From NCBI GenBank assembly GCA_015069415.1, contig SVIQ01000004.1, forward strand, positions 17,021 to 81,020: 64,000 bases of DNA, given 5' to 3'. Position 1 is the first letter of the stretch. Each line of letters opens with the position of its first letter. Source of the stretch: Clostridiales bacterium. GTDB taxonomy: Bacteria; Bacillota; Clostridia; Christensenellales; UBA1242. Below, one piece after another: positions 20,587-29,165 of the stretch. The translations under genes were made by a program, and so were the position numbers. The notes beneath the pieces were generated by a model, which saw only the letters and a program-made list of their open reading frames with translations, made no database searches and was not told where the DNA came from.

Positions 20587-21262
20587 TTTAGAATTTCTAG
20601 ATAGATTTACAATGATGCTAACAGACGAGCAGATTAGGCGCTTGTCTTCTTTTCGTGTCCTTTTGTTTGGCGTAGGAGGAGTAGGAAGTGCTGTTGCTCA
20701 CATGTTGGTTAGATCGGGTATTCATGATTTAAGAATTGTTGATTTTGATGACATTGATGTAACGAACATTAATCGTCAAATGGTGGCAAATTCAAAGAAT
20801 GTTGGAAAACTTAAAGTTGATGAATTAGAAATTCAATTAAAAGACATAAATCCATGCACAAAAATAACAAAATATCCTTTAAAATTGGATGAAAACACTA
20901 TTAATGAAATTAATTTCGATTGTGATTATATTATTGACTGTATAGATGACATAAAGGCAAAAAAATTGCTTATTTTAAAAGCAAATGAAAAAAATATTCC
21001 TCTACTTTCATCAATGGGAGCTGGAAACAGAATGGAAATTCCAGAGTTTAAAATTGCAGATATTCAAAAGACATCGTATGATCCAATTGCAAAAATTTTA
21101 AGAAAATTTTGTAAAGAACAAGGGATTAAGCATTTAAAAGTTTGTTTCACAACTCAAAAAGCACTTAAATTTGATTGCAAAACGATTGCAAGTGTGGTAT
21201 ACTATCCAATAAATATGGCAACAATAATTACAGCAGAAGTGATTAATGACATTATTAACTAG
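20561..21262 (+). CDS. tcdA: ThiF/MoeB-type E1-like enzyme, probable tRNA threonylcarbamoyladenosine dehydratase
   Basis: LLFGVGGVGSAVAHML nucleotide-binding loop and NRQ motif. Start uncertain (20561 or the Met pair near 20609). Confidence 0.7.
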   Translation: MTTKNTSYNLEFLDRFTMMLTDEQIRRLSSFRVLLFGVGGVGSAVAHMLVRSGIHDLRIVDFDDIDVTNINRQMVANSKNVGKLKVDELEIQLKDINPCTKITKYPLKLDENTINEINFDCDYIIDCIDDIKAKKLLILKANEKNIPLLSSMGAGNRMEIPEFKIADIQKTSYDPIAKILRKFCKEQGIKHLKVCFTTQKALKFDCKTIASVVYYPINMATIITAEVINDIIN

Positions 21263-21274
21263 GGGGATGATTTT

Positions 21275-21598
21275 ATGGGTGAAGAGTTAAATTTTGATGA
21301 ATTGATTAACAGTGAACACTTGACAGTAATTGATTTCTCTGCGACATGGTGTATGCCTTGTAGAATGCTTAAACCTATTATCCATAGAGTTGCAGAAAAT
21401 TTCGACCACGTTGATTTTTTTGAGATTGACATTGATGAAAATGAAGAAATTGCTAAAAGATATAGAATTTTTAGCGTTCCGACTTTGCTTTGTTTCAAAA
21501 AGGGAAAGAAAATTGACAGTCTTGTGGGCTTGAATTCAGCCGAAACAATTGAAGATTTCATAAACAAATGCGATCAAGTAGACGTTGACAAATTATAA
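21275..21598 (+). CDS. trxA: Thioredoxin with non-canonical WCMPC active site
   Basis: VIDFSATWCMPCRMLKP and FSVPTLL thioredoxin-fold motifs. Confidence 0.85.
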   Translation: MGEELNFDELINSEHLTVIDFSATWCMPCRMLKPIIHRVAENFDHVDFFEIDIDENEEIAKRYRIFSVPTLLCFKKGKKIDSLVGLNSAETIEDFINKCDQVDVDKL

Positions 21599-21600
21599 AA

Positions 21601-21625
21601 ATAACCAATTTGGTTATTTTTTTTT
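21601..21625 (+). terminator. Intrinsic terminator after trx
   Basis: ATAACCA-ATT-TGGTTAT followed by T9. Confidence 0.65.
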
Positions 21626-21685
21626 GTAAAATCCTTGTATTTTCATTTTTTAATAATGTATAATGAAATCAAGGAGGAAAAGTAT

Positions 21686-22045
21686 ATGACAAAGTTAAAA
21701 AATAAAATTATTGCAACAGTACTTTCATTATTTATTTTACTTTCATCGCTTGTTTTGCTTTCAGGATGCGAAAAAGAGAGAAAGTATGAAGTTACTTTTA
21801 TGATTGCAGATTCAATAGTTGTTCAAGGTGAATCGTTTAAAGTAAATTACAAAGAAGCAGATTCGATTAAAATTTATGATGAAGAGTTAATTGGAAACAA
21901 AGCTCCAGACGCAGAGTATCAGAATAGTATTACTTACACATTTGCTGGTTGGTACACTGAAAAAGAATGTATTAATTCTTGGAATCTTTACAAAGACGAA
22001 GTTGAATCAAATGTTACTTTATACGCAAAATACGTAAAAAATTAA
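21686..22045 (+). CDS. Lipoprotein with Listeria/Bacteroides-type repeat (Flg_new-like)
   Basis: AAGGAGG RBS before ATG 21686. Lipobox LLSGC. YTFAGWYTEKEC repeat signature. Confidence 0.6.
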   Translation: MTKLKNKIIATVLSLFILLSSLVLLSGCEKERKYEVTFMIADSIVVQGESFKVNYKEADSIKIYDEELIGNKAPDAEYQNSITYTFAGWYTEKECINSWNLYKDEVESNVTLYAKYVKN

Positions 22046-22066
22046 GACGAAATTTTCGTCTTTTTT
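22046..22066 (+). terminator. Intrinsic terminator after the lipoprotein gene
   Basis: GACGA-AATTT-TCGTC followed by T6. Confidence 0.65.
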
Positions 22067-22079
22067 ATTAATCTAAATA

Positions 22080-22108
22080 TTGACAAAATATAACACATGT
22101 GTTAAACT
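22080..22108 (+). promoter_or_regulatory. nifS operon promoter
   Basis: TTGACA-17 nt-TGtTAAACT. Confidence 0.55.
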
Positions 22109-22125
22109 AAAAACGGAGAAAAAGT

Positions 22126-23325
22126 ATGGAAAACGAAAAGATTTATTTTGACAATGCTGCTACTACAATGCTTGGCGCTGAAGTCTTGAATGCTATGATG
22201 CCTGTTTTCAATGATGTTTATGGTAATTCTTCTTCAATTCATTCATTTGGTAGAGATGCCTCAAATTTGGTAGATTTAAGTAGAGACACAATTGCTGAAA
22301 CAATCTCAGCTAAATCTAATGAGATTTATTTTACAGGTAGTGGTAGTGAAGCTAACACTTGGGCAATTATTGGAATTGTCAATGCTTACAAAGGAAGAGG
22401 TAATCATATTATTACTAGCAAAATCGAACATCCTTCTGTAATTAATGCTTGCAAGTACTTAGAAGAACAAGGTTTTGAAGTTACTTATCTTGACGTCGAT
22501 CATAATGGTTTTGTTAACTTTGCAGAACTTTTAAGATCAATTAAGCCAACAACTATTTTAGCTTCTATTCAATCAGCAAACAATGAACTCGGAACTATTC
22601 AAAATCTTAAGGCAATCGCTCAAACTTTGCATGAAAAGGGCGTTTTGTTTCACACAGATGCTGTTCAACTTTATGGAAATATGATGATTGACGTTGAAGA
22701 TATCGGAATTGACGCTATGACGATTTCTTCACATAAGATTTATGGACCAAAAGGTGTTGGAGCATTGTATTTATCAAACAAGGTTAAAATTGATTCTATT
22801 ATATTTGGTGGAAATCAAGAAAGAGGTAAACGTGGTGGTACAACAAACACAGCAGGTGTAGTTGGTTTTGCTAAAGCATGCGAAATTGCTTATCGTGATA
22901 TCAGAACAAACAATCACAAAATTAACGGTCTTCATGATTATTTTATAACAAAACTTACCGACTCTGTTGAAAATATTGTTATCAATGCAAATGTAAGACA
23001 AAAGCTTCCAACTATTGTTTCTGTTACTTTTGTTGGAGTTGATGGTGAAAGTTTGCTTACAAAACTTGATATGAACGGAATTGCGGTTTCAACAGGTAGC
23101 GCATGTTCAAGTAACAGTTTAACTGTATCTCCTGTTATGACAGCAATCGGTTTAACAAATGAAGATGCAAGAGGTACAATTAGATTTAGTTTTGGTAAAA
23201 ACAACTCATACGCTGAAATAGACAAAGCGATTGTAGTTATCAAAAAAGTTGTAGATGAGTTAAGAGCTTTCTCTTCAACTTACGGAATGAAGACTCGTAA
23301 GAGAAAGGGGGACAAAAATGTATAG
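22126..23325 (+). CDS. iscS: Cysteine desulfurase (NifS/IscS class)
   Basis: PLP lysine context SSHKIYGPKGVGALY. Active-site loop STGSACSS. Confidence 0.9.
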   Translation: MENEKIYFDNAATTMLGAEVLNAMMPVFNDVYGNSSSIHSFGRDASNLVDLSRDTIAETISAKSNEIYFTGSGSEANTWAIIGIVNAYKGRGNHIITSKIEHPSVINACKYLEEQGFEVTYLDVDHNGFVNFAELLRSIKPTTILASIQSANNELGTIQNLKAIAQTLHEKGVLFHTDAVQLYGNMMIDVEDIGIDAMTISSHKIYGPKGVGALYLSNKVKIDSIIFGGNQERGKRGGTTNTAGVVGFAKACEIAYRDIRTNNHKINGLHDYFITKLTDSVENIVINANVRQKLPTIVSVTFVGVDGESLLTKLDMNGIAVSTGSACSSNSLTVSPVMTAIGLTNEDARGTIRFSFGKNNSYAEIDKAIVVIKKVVDELRAFSSTYGMKTRKRKGDKNV

Positions 23326-23689
23326 TAAACAAGTGCTTAAAATTTTAGAAAACCCTCAAAATGCTGGTAGAATTTCAAAGCCAGACGGAATTGCTGATGC
23401 TTACAACGAAGATAAAACAGCACATGTAGAATTTTCTCTTCGCGTTGAAAGTGGAATTATTACCAATTGTAATTTTAGAGCTCAAGCTAATCCATATATC
23501 ATTGCAATTTGTTCTACAATTACTCAAATGGTTAAAGGCAAAATGGTTGGAATGTTGTTTTTGGATCCTTACAACATCAAAACAACTCTTGGAGATGAAT
23601 CTCCAATTGATATTACATTCTGTATTGATTGTTTGAGAGATGCAGTTTTAGATTACAAAGAAAAATTGGAAAAAAATAACAAAGAATAA
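23318..23689 (+). CDS. IscU/NifU-like protein lacking most cluster ligands
   Basis: Collinear with IscU (MYSKQVLKILENPQNAGRI..., VKGK block) and overlaps nifS by 8 nt. The CGD and GCG cysteines are replaced; only the C-terminal Cys (FCIDCL) remains. Confidence 0.65.
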   Translation: MYSKQVLKILENPQNAGRISKPDGIADAYNEDKTAHVEFSLRVESGIITNCNFRAQANPYIIAICSTITQMVKGKMVGMLFLDPYNIKTTLGDESPIDITFCIDCLRDAVLDYKEKLEKNNKE

Positions 23690-23747
23690 TCATCGTTTTC
23701 GCTCATATTTCCTAAAATTCTACAAAGAATAATCTCAAGGAGGAAAT

Positions 23748-23927
23748 ATGAAGGAATTCTTGATTGGTATGGGAATTGGTGTGGTTGTTGGTTCAATTAT
23801 TTGTAAAACAAATAAACCTTTCTCCGACGCTGTTGAAAAGGGAGTAGAAAAAGGTAAAGAAATCATGAACGACATCAAAGACGAAGTTAGTTCAAAAATG
23901 TCAAAATCTAAAAAACAAGAAGATTAA
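23748..23927 (+). CDS. Small membrane-anchored protein (59 aa, YtxH-like), not in ORF track
   Basis: AAGGAGG RBS 7 nt before the ATG. MKEFLIGMGIGVVVGSIICK TM segment, then a charged helix. Followed by a terminator. Confidence 0.6.
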   Translation: MKEFLIGMGIGVVVGSIICKTNKPFSDAVEKGVEKGKEIMNDIKDEVSSKMSKSKKQED

Positions 23928-23934
23928 TTCAGGT

Positions 23935-23960
23935 CCTTAGCATATCGCTAAGGGCTTTTT
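23935..23960 (+). terminator. Intrinsic terminator after the 59-aa gene
   Basis: CCTTAGC-ATATC-GCTAAGG, then GCTTTTT. Confidence 0.7.
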
Positions 23961-24006
23961 GTTGACATTATTTAAATAAAAAAATTAAGAAAATTGTCGA
24001 AAATTC

Positions 24007-24036
24007 TTGACAAAAATGTGAGTTATATATTATATT
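24007..24036 (+). promoter_or_regulatory. Candidate promoter of the divergent sigma factor gene
   Basis: TTGACA-18 nt-TATATT. A second TTGACA lies at about 23962. Confidence 0.4.
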
Positions 24037-24060
24037 CTTAACACAAAAGGCGGATATGAT

Positions 24061-24699
24061 ATGGCAATTGCAAAAAATAATACACAAATAAATATTAATC
24101 AATTATATAAAGCTTATTTAAAAAATCCTACAGACACAAAAATCTGTAAACTAATTTGGGAATGTTTGTATGATTCTCTAATCAAACGCGTTGAGAATGA
24201 AGAAAATCTTGAAGATAACTCTGAAGTGATTTGGGATTTAATTAATGATGCAATTATTGACAAAATGGGAAGAGTTGAAAAAGATCCTATGCATTATTCT
24301 ACATGTTCTTACCAATCATTTGTTAACGCGTGTTACAATAAATTTTTGAGGTTGATGAACCAAAGAAAAATTCATGAAACAAAACCTTTATCTTATGAAG
24401 ACGAAGACGTAAAACAAGAACTTTACGACATGGCTATTACAAAAGATCCATTATTCGAAAGTATTGTTAGACAAGAGGCTAGAGAAGATATTCTTTCAGC
24501 TTTGGAAATATTAACAGAAAGACAAGCTCAAGTTATTAAATATATGTATGGTTTGGAAGATGGAAAATTTTGGACAATTACCGAAATAGCAGAAAATTTA
24601 GGAATGTCTTATGTTAGAATTTTGGCGATACAAAGAACTGCATTATGCAGATTAAGAAGGTCTTCTTTACTGAAAAGTTTAAAAAATGTAACGTTATAA
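24061..24699 (+). CDS. Sigma-70 family RNA polymerase sigma factor with divergent region 2
   Basis: Clear region 4 (LTERQAQVIKYMYGLEDGKFWTITEIAENLGMSYVRILAIQRTALCRLRR). The N-terminal half aligns only loosely to region 2. Confidence 0.7.
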   Translation: MAIAKNNTQININQLYKAYLKNPTDTKICKLIWECLYDSLIKRVENEENLEDNSEVIWDLINDAIIDKMGRVEKDPMHYSTCSYQSFVNACYNKFLRLMNQRKIHETKPLSYEDEDVKQELYDMAITKDPLFESIVRQEAREDILSALEILTERQAQVIKYMYGLEDGKFWTITEIAENLGMSYVRILAIQRTALCRLRRSSLLKSLKNVTL

Positions 24700-24750
24700 T
24701 AAACCATTTACATAGACAGGGAAGAGTTACATGATAAAATCGCGATAAAA

Positions 24751-24775
24751 AGGCATTAAAACAATGTCTTTTTAT
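24751..24775 (+). terminator. Intrinsic terminator after the sigma factor gene
   Basis: AGGCATT-AAAAC-AATGTCT (one G-U pair) followed by T5. Confidence 0.55.
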
Positions 24776-24810
24776 TTTACTTAAATTAAAAAAGGTGCTA
24801 TAATATAAAT

Positions 24811-25221
24811 ATGAAAGCTATGGGAATTGATTTTGGTATGGCAAGAATAGGAGTGGCTTTAAGCGATGACACTATGTTTTTGGCGTCACCTTTTCAGACA
24901 TACAAAAGAAAAGACATTGAAACAGACCTTAATTATTTTGCAAATCTAATTAAGGAAAAGAATGTGTCGTTAGTCGTTTGTGGGCTTCCTATGAATATGC
25001 AAGGGGAAGAACAAGAAATCGCTAAAAAAACTAGGGAATTCATGGCTCAACTTAAAGAAAAAATCGATTTTGAATTAGAATTCTTTGATGAACGCTTAAC
25101 CTCAAGCATTGCGGAAGACATCTTAAGAGAAACAGAAAAAGACTGGAAAAAACGTAAAGAAAAATTAGATATGGTGGCGGCGTCCATTATTTTGCAAGAT
25201 TATTTAGATATGAAAAGATAA
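24811..25221 (+). CDS. ruvX: Holliday junction resolvase-like protein YqgF/RuvX
   Basis: MGIDFGMARIGVALSD. C-terminal DMVAASIILQDYLD. Confidence 0.9.
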   Translation: MKAMGIDFGMARIGVALSDDTMFLASPFQTYKRKDIETDLNYFANLIKEKNVSLVVCGLPMNMQGEEQEIAKKTREFMAQLKEKIDFELEFFDERLTSSIAEDILRETEKDWKKRKEKLDMVAASIILQDYLDMKR

Positions 25222-25234
25222 AAAGGAGAAAATT

Positions 25235-25543
25235 ATGAAAGCAAAAGACCCAATTAAACAAATCTTAGACGAAAAAAACATTGAAAACATTATTTTACAC
25301 GATGAAAACAACAATCCAATCGAATTTGAACAAATTGCAGTTATTCCATTGGAGGAAACAAACAAATTGTATGCAATTTTAATTCCAATTACTCCAATGC
25401 AAGGAGTAGAAGAAGGCGAAGGCGTTTTGTTCGAACTTGACGAAGAAAAAGGCGATTTAATTGTAATTAACGACGAAAAAATTATCGATAAAGTTATTGC
25501 AATCTACGAAAAAATGCTTAACGAAGGCGAAAGCGAAGAATAA
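25235..25543 (+). CDS. DUF1292 family protein (YrzB-like)
   Basis: NPIEFEQIAVIPLEETNKLYAILIPI core. Follows ruvX as in Bacillus yrrK-yrzB. Confidence 0.75.
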   Translation: MKAKDPIKQILDEKNIENIILHDENNNPIEFEQIAVIPLEETNKLYAILIPITPMQGVEEGEGVLFELDEEKGDLIVINDEKIIDKVIAIYEKMLNEGESEE

Positions 25544-25555
25544 TAAATAAAATAT

Positions 25556-25583
25556 AAAAAACGACCGATTTTGGTCGTTTTTT
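25556..25583. terminator. Bidirectional terminator between DUF1292 gene and the convergent orphan gene
   Basis: A5-ACGACC-GATTTT-GGTCGT-T6. Confidence 0.7.
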
Positions 25584-25980
25584 AAATGGCTTTTTCATTT
25601 TCGATAATAGCCTTGCCAATATAAATGTTATATGCTGGTAATTGTTCTTCTTCTAAAAATTGACGCATTACTATTTGATTTTTTAAAATTTCTTCAGGAA
25701 GGCAGAGGAAAGAGGGTCTTTCAATATTCAACTTTTCATAACAATCGCTTAAGAAAATATATGCTTCTAGAATGTTTTTGTCTTTAATCAAATTCTTTAA
25801 TCTTCTTTTAAAAGTATAAATTTGTTTACTTGAAATTACTTTTGATTTAACAACTATGAATTCGTCATTTGAAAAAGGAAGAATAAACTGAATTCCAATG
25901 TCTTTACCTTGAGGGTCATAACTGGTTTTTATTGGTAATTCTTCTAAAAAAATATAATCTCTAGCAATTGAGGTTTCCAT
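25582..25980 (-). CDS. Hypothetical protein, no family recognised
   Basis: 132-aa ORF with AAAGGAG RBS, its own consensus promoter and a shared bidirectional terminator. One of only a few minus-strand genes in the window. Confidence 0.6.
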   Translation of the reverse strand: METSIARDYIFLEELPIKTSYDPQGKDIGIQFILPFSNDEFIVVKSKVISSKQIYTFKRRLKNLIKDKNILEAYIFLSDCYEKLNIERPSFLCLPEEILKNQIVMRQFLEEEQLPAYNIYIGKAIIENEKAI

Positions 25981-26014
25981 TTTTTCTCCTTTACATGACT
26001 ATTACGTTATATGC

Positions 26015-26043
26015 ATTATAACATTAATTAAATCAATTGTCAA
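26015..26043 (-). promoter_or_regulatory. Promoter of the orphan minus-strand gene
   Basis: On the minus strand: TTGACA-17 nt-TGtTATAAT. Confidence 0.55.
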
Positions 26044-26135
26044 TTTTAAGAAAAATGATACGCTTATTATTTACTTTTGTTAAATTATTTTACAAAATAA
26101 TTTGCTGTTAAGCAAAAAAACTTTACAATATTCCG

Positions 26136-26164
26136 TTGACAAACCAATTCATATCTGTTAAAAT
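26136..26164 (+). promoter_or_regulatory. rpsB-tsf promoter
   Basis: TTGACA-17 nt-TGtTAAAAT. Followed by a ~105-nt leader. Confidence 0.65.
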
Positions 26165-26272
26165 AAGTTTGTTCAATGAATAAGCACCCATTACGATTGC
26201 TAGACTGTTGCCTTTATTCAGGTTCAATAGCAAGACGACTAGTGGGGAAGTAGACAAACAGGAGGAAAATTT

Positions 26273-27118
26273 ATGTCAGTTATTTCAATGAAACAATTAT
26301 TGGAGGCTGGATGTCATTTCGGTCACCAAACTAGAAAGTGGAACCCTAAGATGAAGAAATATATCTTCACAGATAGAAATGGTATTCACATCCTTAACTT
26401 AGAAGACACTTCTAAGAAAGTTGATGAAGCTTATGTTTTCATCAAAGAAAAAGTGCTTGCTGGCGCTAACGTTTTGTTCATCGGAACAAAGAAACAAGCT
26501 AGCGAAATCGTAAAGCAAGAAGCTGAAAGATCTAACATGTTCTATGTTAATTCTCGTTGGTTGGGTGGTACTCTTACTAACTTCACAACTCTTAGAAAGA
26601 GAATTGACAGAATGAACAAGTTAAACAACATGGAAGCTTTAGGAGATTTTGATCTTCTTCCTAAGAAAGAAGTTATCAAACTTCGTGCTGAACGCGACAA
26701 ACTTGCTATCAATCTTACTGGTATCAAAGATATGACTGGTATTCCAGGACTTATCATTTTAGTAGACCCACACACAGAGCACATTGCAGTTAAAGAAGCT
26801 AAACGCCTTGGTATCCCAGTTGTTGGTATTGTTGACACTAACAGTGATCCAGATGACGTTGACGTATGCATCCCTGCTAACGATGATGCAATCGGTTCAG
26901 TTAAACTTATTTTAAGTGCATTGACTGATGCAATTTTGGAAGCTAAGGGTGGAGAAATTCTTCATGACCTTAACGCTAACGATGAAGATGTTTCTATGGA
27001 AGCTATGGTTACAGGCGAAATCGTAAAAGAAGAAGCTCAAGAAGAAAAAGCAACAAAAAAACGTGCCCCAAAGAAAGAAGCTAAAGTTGAGTCTAATGAC
27101 GAAACTGAAAATGCGTAA
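26273..27118 (+). CDS. rpsB: 30S ribosomal protein S2 (with charged C-terminal tail)
   Basis: [22 protein letters not shown]. Confidence 0.95.
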   Translation: MSVISMKQLLEAGCHFGHQTRKWNPKMKKYIFTDRNGIHILNLEDTSKKVDEAYVFIKEKVLAGANVLFIGTKKQASEIVKQEAERSNMFYVNSRWLGGTLTNFTTLRKRIDRMNKLNNMEALGDFDLLPKKEVIKLRAERDKLAINLTGIKDMTGIPGLIILVDPHTEHIAVKEAKRLGIPVVGIVDTNSDPDDVDVCIPANDDAIGSVKLILSALTDAILEAKGGEILHDLNANDEDVSMEAMVTGEIVKEEAQEEKATKKRAPKKEAKVESNDETENA

Positions 27119-27143
27119 AAATTAAATTTTTAAAGGAGAAAGT

Positions 27144-27800
27144 ATGATTACAGCATCACAAGTTAATGAACTTAGAGGTATGACTGGTGCAGGCATGATG
27201 GACTGCAAAAGAGCTTTGGAAGAAGCTAATGGAGACATGAAAAAGGCTAGCGACATCTTAAGAGAAAAGGGAATCGCTAAAGCTGCAAAGAAAGAAGGCA
27301 GAATTGCTGCTGAAGGATTCATTGATTCTTACGTTCACGGAAACGGAAGTTTTGCTTCTCTTGTTGAATTCAACACTGAAACAGACTTTGCTGCAAAGAA
27401 TGAAGAACTTAGAACATTTGCTCACAATGTTAACATGCAAATCGTTGCATGTCGTCCTATCTGCGTAAATATCGCAGACGTTCCAGCTGAAAAAATCGCT
27501 GAAGAAAAAGCAATCTACCGTGCTCAACTTTTAAACGAAGGAAAGCCAGAAGCTATCGTTGACAAAATTGTTGAAGGTAAAATTAACAAGTACTTTGAAG
27601 AAGTCGTTCTTATGGAGCAAACTTACATTAAAGATCCAGATGGCAAGAAGAAAGTTAAAGACGTTTTAACTGATTTAGTTGCTAAAATTGGAGAAAAAAT
27701 CACAATCAGAAGATTTACTCTTATGGTTATGGGCGAAGGTTTAACTAAACGTAATGATGACTTTGCTGCAGAAGTTGCTGCTCAAATGAATCAAAAATAA
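27144..27800 (+). CDS. tsf: Elongation factor Ts (short form)
   Basis: [27 protein letters not shown]-like N-terminus. Follows rpsB. Confidence 0.95.
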   Translation: MITASQVNELRGMTGAGMMDCKRALEEANGDMKKASDILREKGIAKAAKKEGRIAAEGFIDSYVHGNGSFASLVEFNTETDFAAKNEELRTFAHNVNMQIVACRPICVNIADVPAEKIAEEKAIYRAQLLNEGKPEAIVDKIVEGKINKYFEEVVLMEQTYIKDPDGKKKVKDVLTDLVAKIGEKITIRRFTLMVMGEGLTKRNDDFAAEVAAQMNQK

Positions 27801-27818
27801 ATCTTTGTTAATAAATAA

Positions 27819-27850
27819 ATAGTAAGCTATTTTGCTTGCTATTTTTTTTG
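27819..27850 (+). terminator. Intrinsic terminator after tsf
   Basis: ATAGTAAGC-TATTTT-GCTTGCTAT followed by T8. Confidence 0.65.
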
Positions 27851-27882
27851 TTTTGGGCTAAAATGGTTTTTAGGAGAAAATT

Positions 27883-28449
27883 ATGGACGAAATGATTGAA
27901 ATGACTATGTTGGAATATAGTGACAACTTAGATAAAATTTACAATCACTTTATTGATGAACTAATGATGATTAGAGTGGGTAGAGCTAACCCTAAAGTGA
28001 TTGAGAACATAAAAGTGGATTATTATGGAACAAGAACTCCAATTTTCCAAACTGCAAATATTACAGTACAAGATGCAAGAATGTTGGTTGTATCTCCTTG
28101 GGATATCTCAACTTTAAAATCTATTAAAGCAGGAATTGAAGCAGCTAATCTTGGAGTTTCAATTAGCGATGATGGTAAAATTATACGTGTTGGTTTCCCA
28201 ATGCTTACAGAAGAAAGAAGACGCGAGTACACTAAAGATGCTAAAAAGCTTTTAGAAGAATCAAAAATTGCCATGAGAAACGCTAGACGTGATTGTTTGG
28301 ATGTCTTCAAAGAGATGAAAAAGAACAGTGAAATTAGCGAAGATGATTATGATTCTTTAGACAAAGATGTTCAAAAAACTCTTGATTCTTACACTGCAAA
28401 AGCAGACGTTAGTTGCGAAAAGAAAATTGCCGATATTATGGAGGTTTAG
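27883..28449 (+). CDS. frr: Ribosome recycling factor
   Basis: MIRVGRANPKVIENIKVDYYG and LTEERRRE motifs. Confidence 0.95.
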   Translation: MDEMIEMTMLEYSDNLDKIYNHFIDELMMIRVGRANPKVIENIKVDYYGTRTPIFQTANITVQDARMLVVSPWDISTLKSIKAGIEAANLGVSISDDGKIIRVGFPMLTEERRREYTKDAKKLLEESKIAMRNARRDCLDVFKEMKKNSEISEDDYDSLDKDVQKTLDSYTAKADVSCEKKIADIMEV

Positions 28450-28450
28450 T

Positions 28451-29164
28451 TTGAATTTCGAAAAAATGAAACTAGACCCACGAATGCCTAAACATATCGG
28501 TTTCATTATCGATGGAAATGGCAGATGGGCAAAGAGGAGAGGACTTCCTAGAAGTGCTGGTCACCAAGTGGGAAGTGAAAACGTAAAAAAACACATTGAA
28601 TACTGTCAACAATTAGGAATTCCTAATGTGTCTTTTTATTGCTTTTCAAGTGAAAATTGGAAAAGAAGCGAAAAAGAAGTTAAGTTTTTGATGGAAAAAT
28701 TTGATGAAATGCTTGATGAGTACAAAAAAGACTATCTGGACAAAAATGTTCGTATTATAATTTCTGGAGATATGACAGACGAGCGACTTCCGTTGTCCGT
28801 AAGACAAAAAGCGGAAGAACTTATGCTTTTAACAAAGGATAAAACAGAATTAGTTTTAAACATGTGTATCAACTATGGTGGTCGTGACGAACTTTTAATG
28901 GCGTTTAAGAAGATTGCTGAAGAAAATGGAGAATACACAGAAGAAAATGTTGAAAAACATCTTTACACTAAAGATATGCTTCCACTTGACTTTGTAATCA
29001 GAACTTCAGGAGAAAAGAGAAGTAGCAACTTCATGCCATGGCAATCAACATACAGTGAATGGCTTTTCCCTAAAAAGACTTGGCCAGCTTTTTCGAAATG
29101 TGATTTAGTTAAGGCATTAAAGATTTACATGAAAAGAAACAGAAGATTTGGAGGCGTGAAATAG
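28451..29164 (+). CDS. uppS: Undecaprenyl diphosphate synthase
   Basis: HIGFIIDGNGRWA and ENWKR motifs. TTG 28451 sits 6 nt after GGAGG; ATG 28466 is the alternative. The track start at 28367 lies inside frr. Confidence 0.9.
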   Translation: MNFEKMKLDPRMPKHIGFIIDGNGRWAKRRGLPRSAGHQVGSENVKKHIEYCQQLGIPNVSFYCFSSENWKRSEKEVKFLMEKFDEMLDEYKKDYLDKNVRIIISGDMTDERLPLSVRQKAEELMLLTKDKTELVLNMCINYGGRDELLMAFKKIAEENGEYTEENVEKHLYTKDMLPLDFVIRTSGEKRSSNFMPWQSTYSEWLFPKKTWPAFSKCDLVKALKIYMKRNRRFGGVK

Positions 29165-29165
29165 C

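Noticed and set aside
24061-24699. Assigning the sigma factor to a sporulation sigma (SigE/F/G/K) or SigH.
   Set aside because: The N-terminal half does not show their conserved region 2 motifs, and the genomic context (not spoIIGA/spoIIAB-linked) does not fit.
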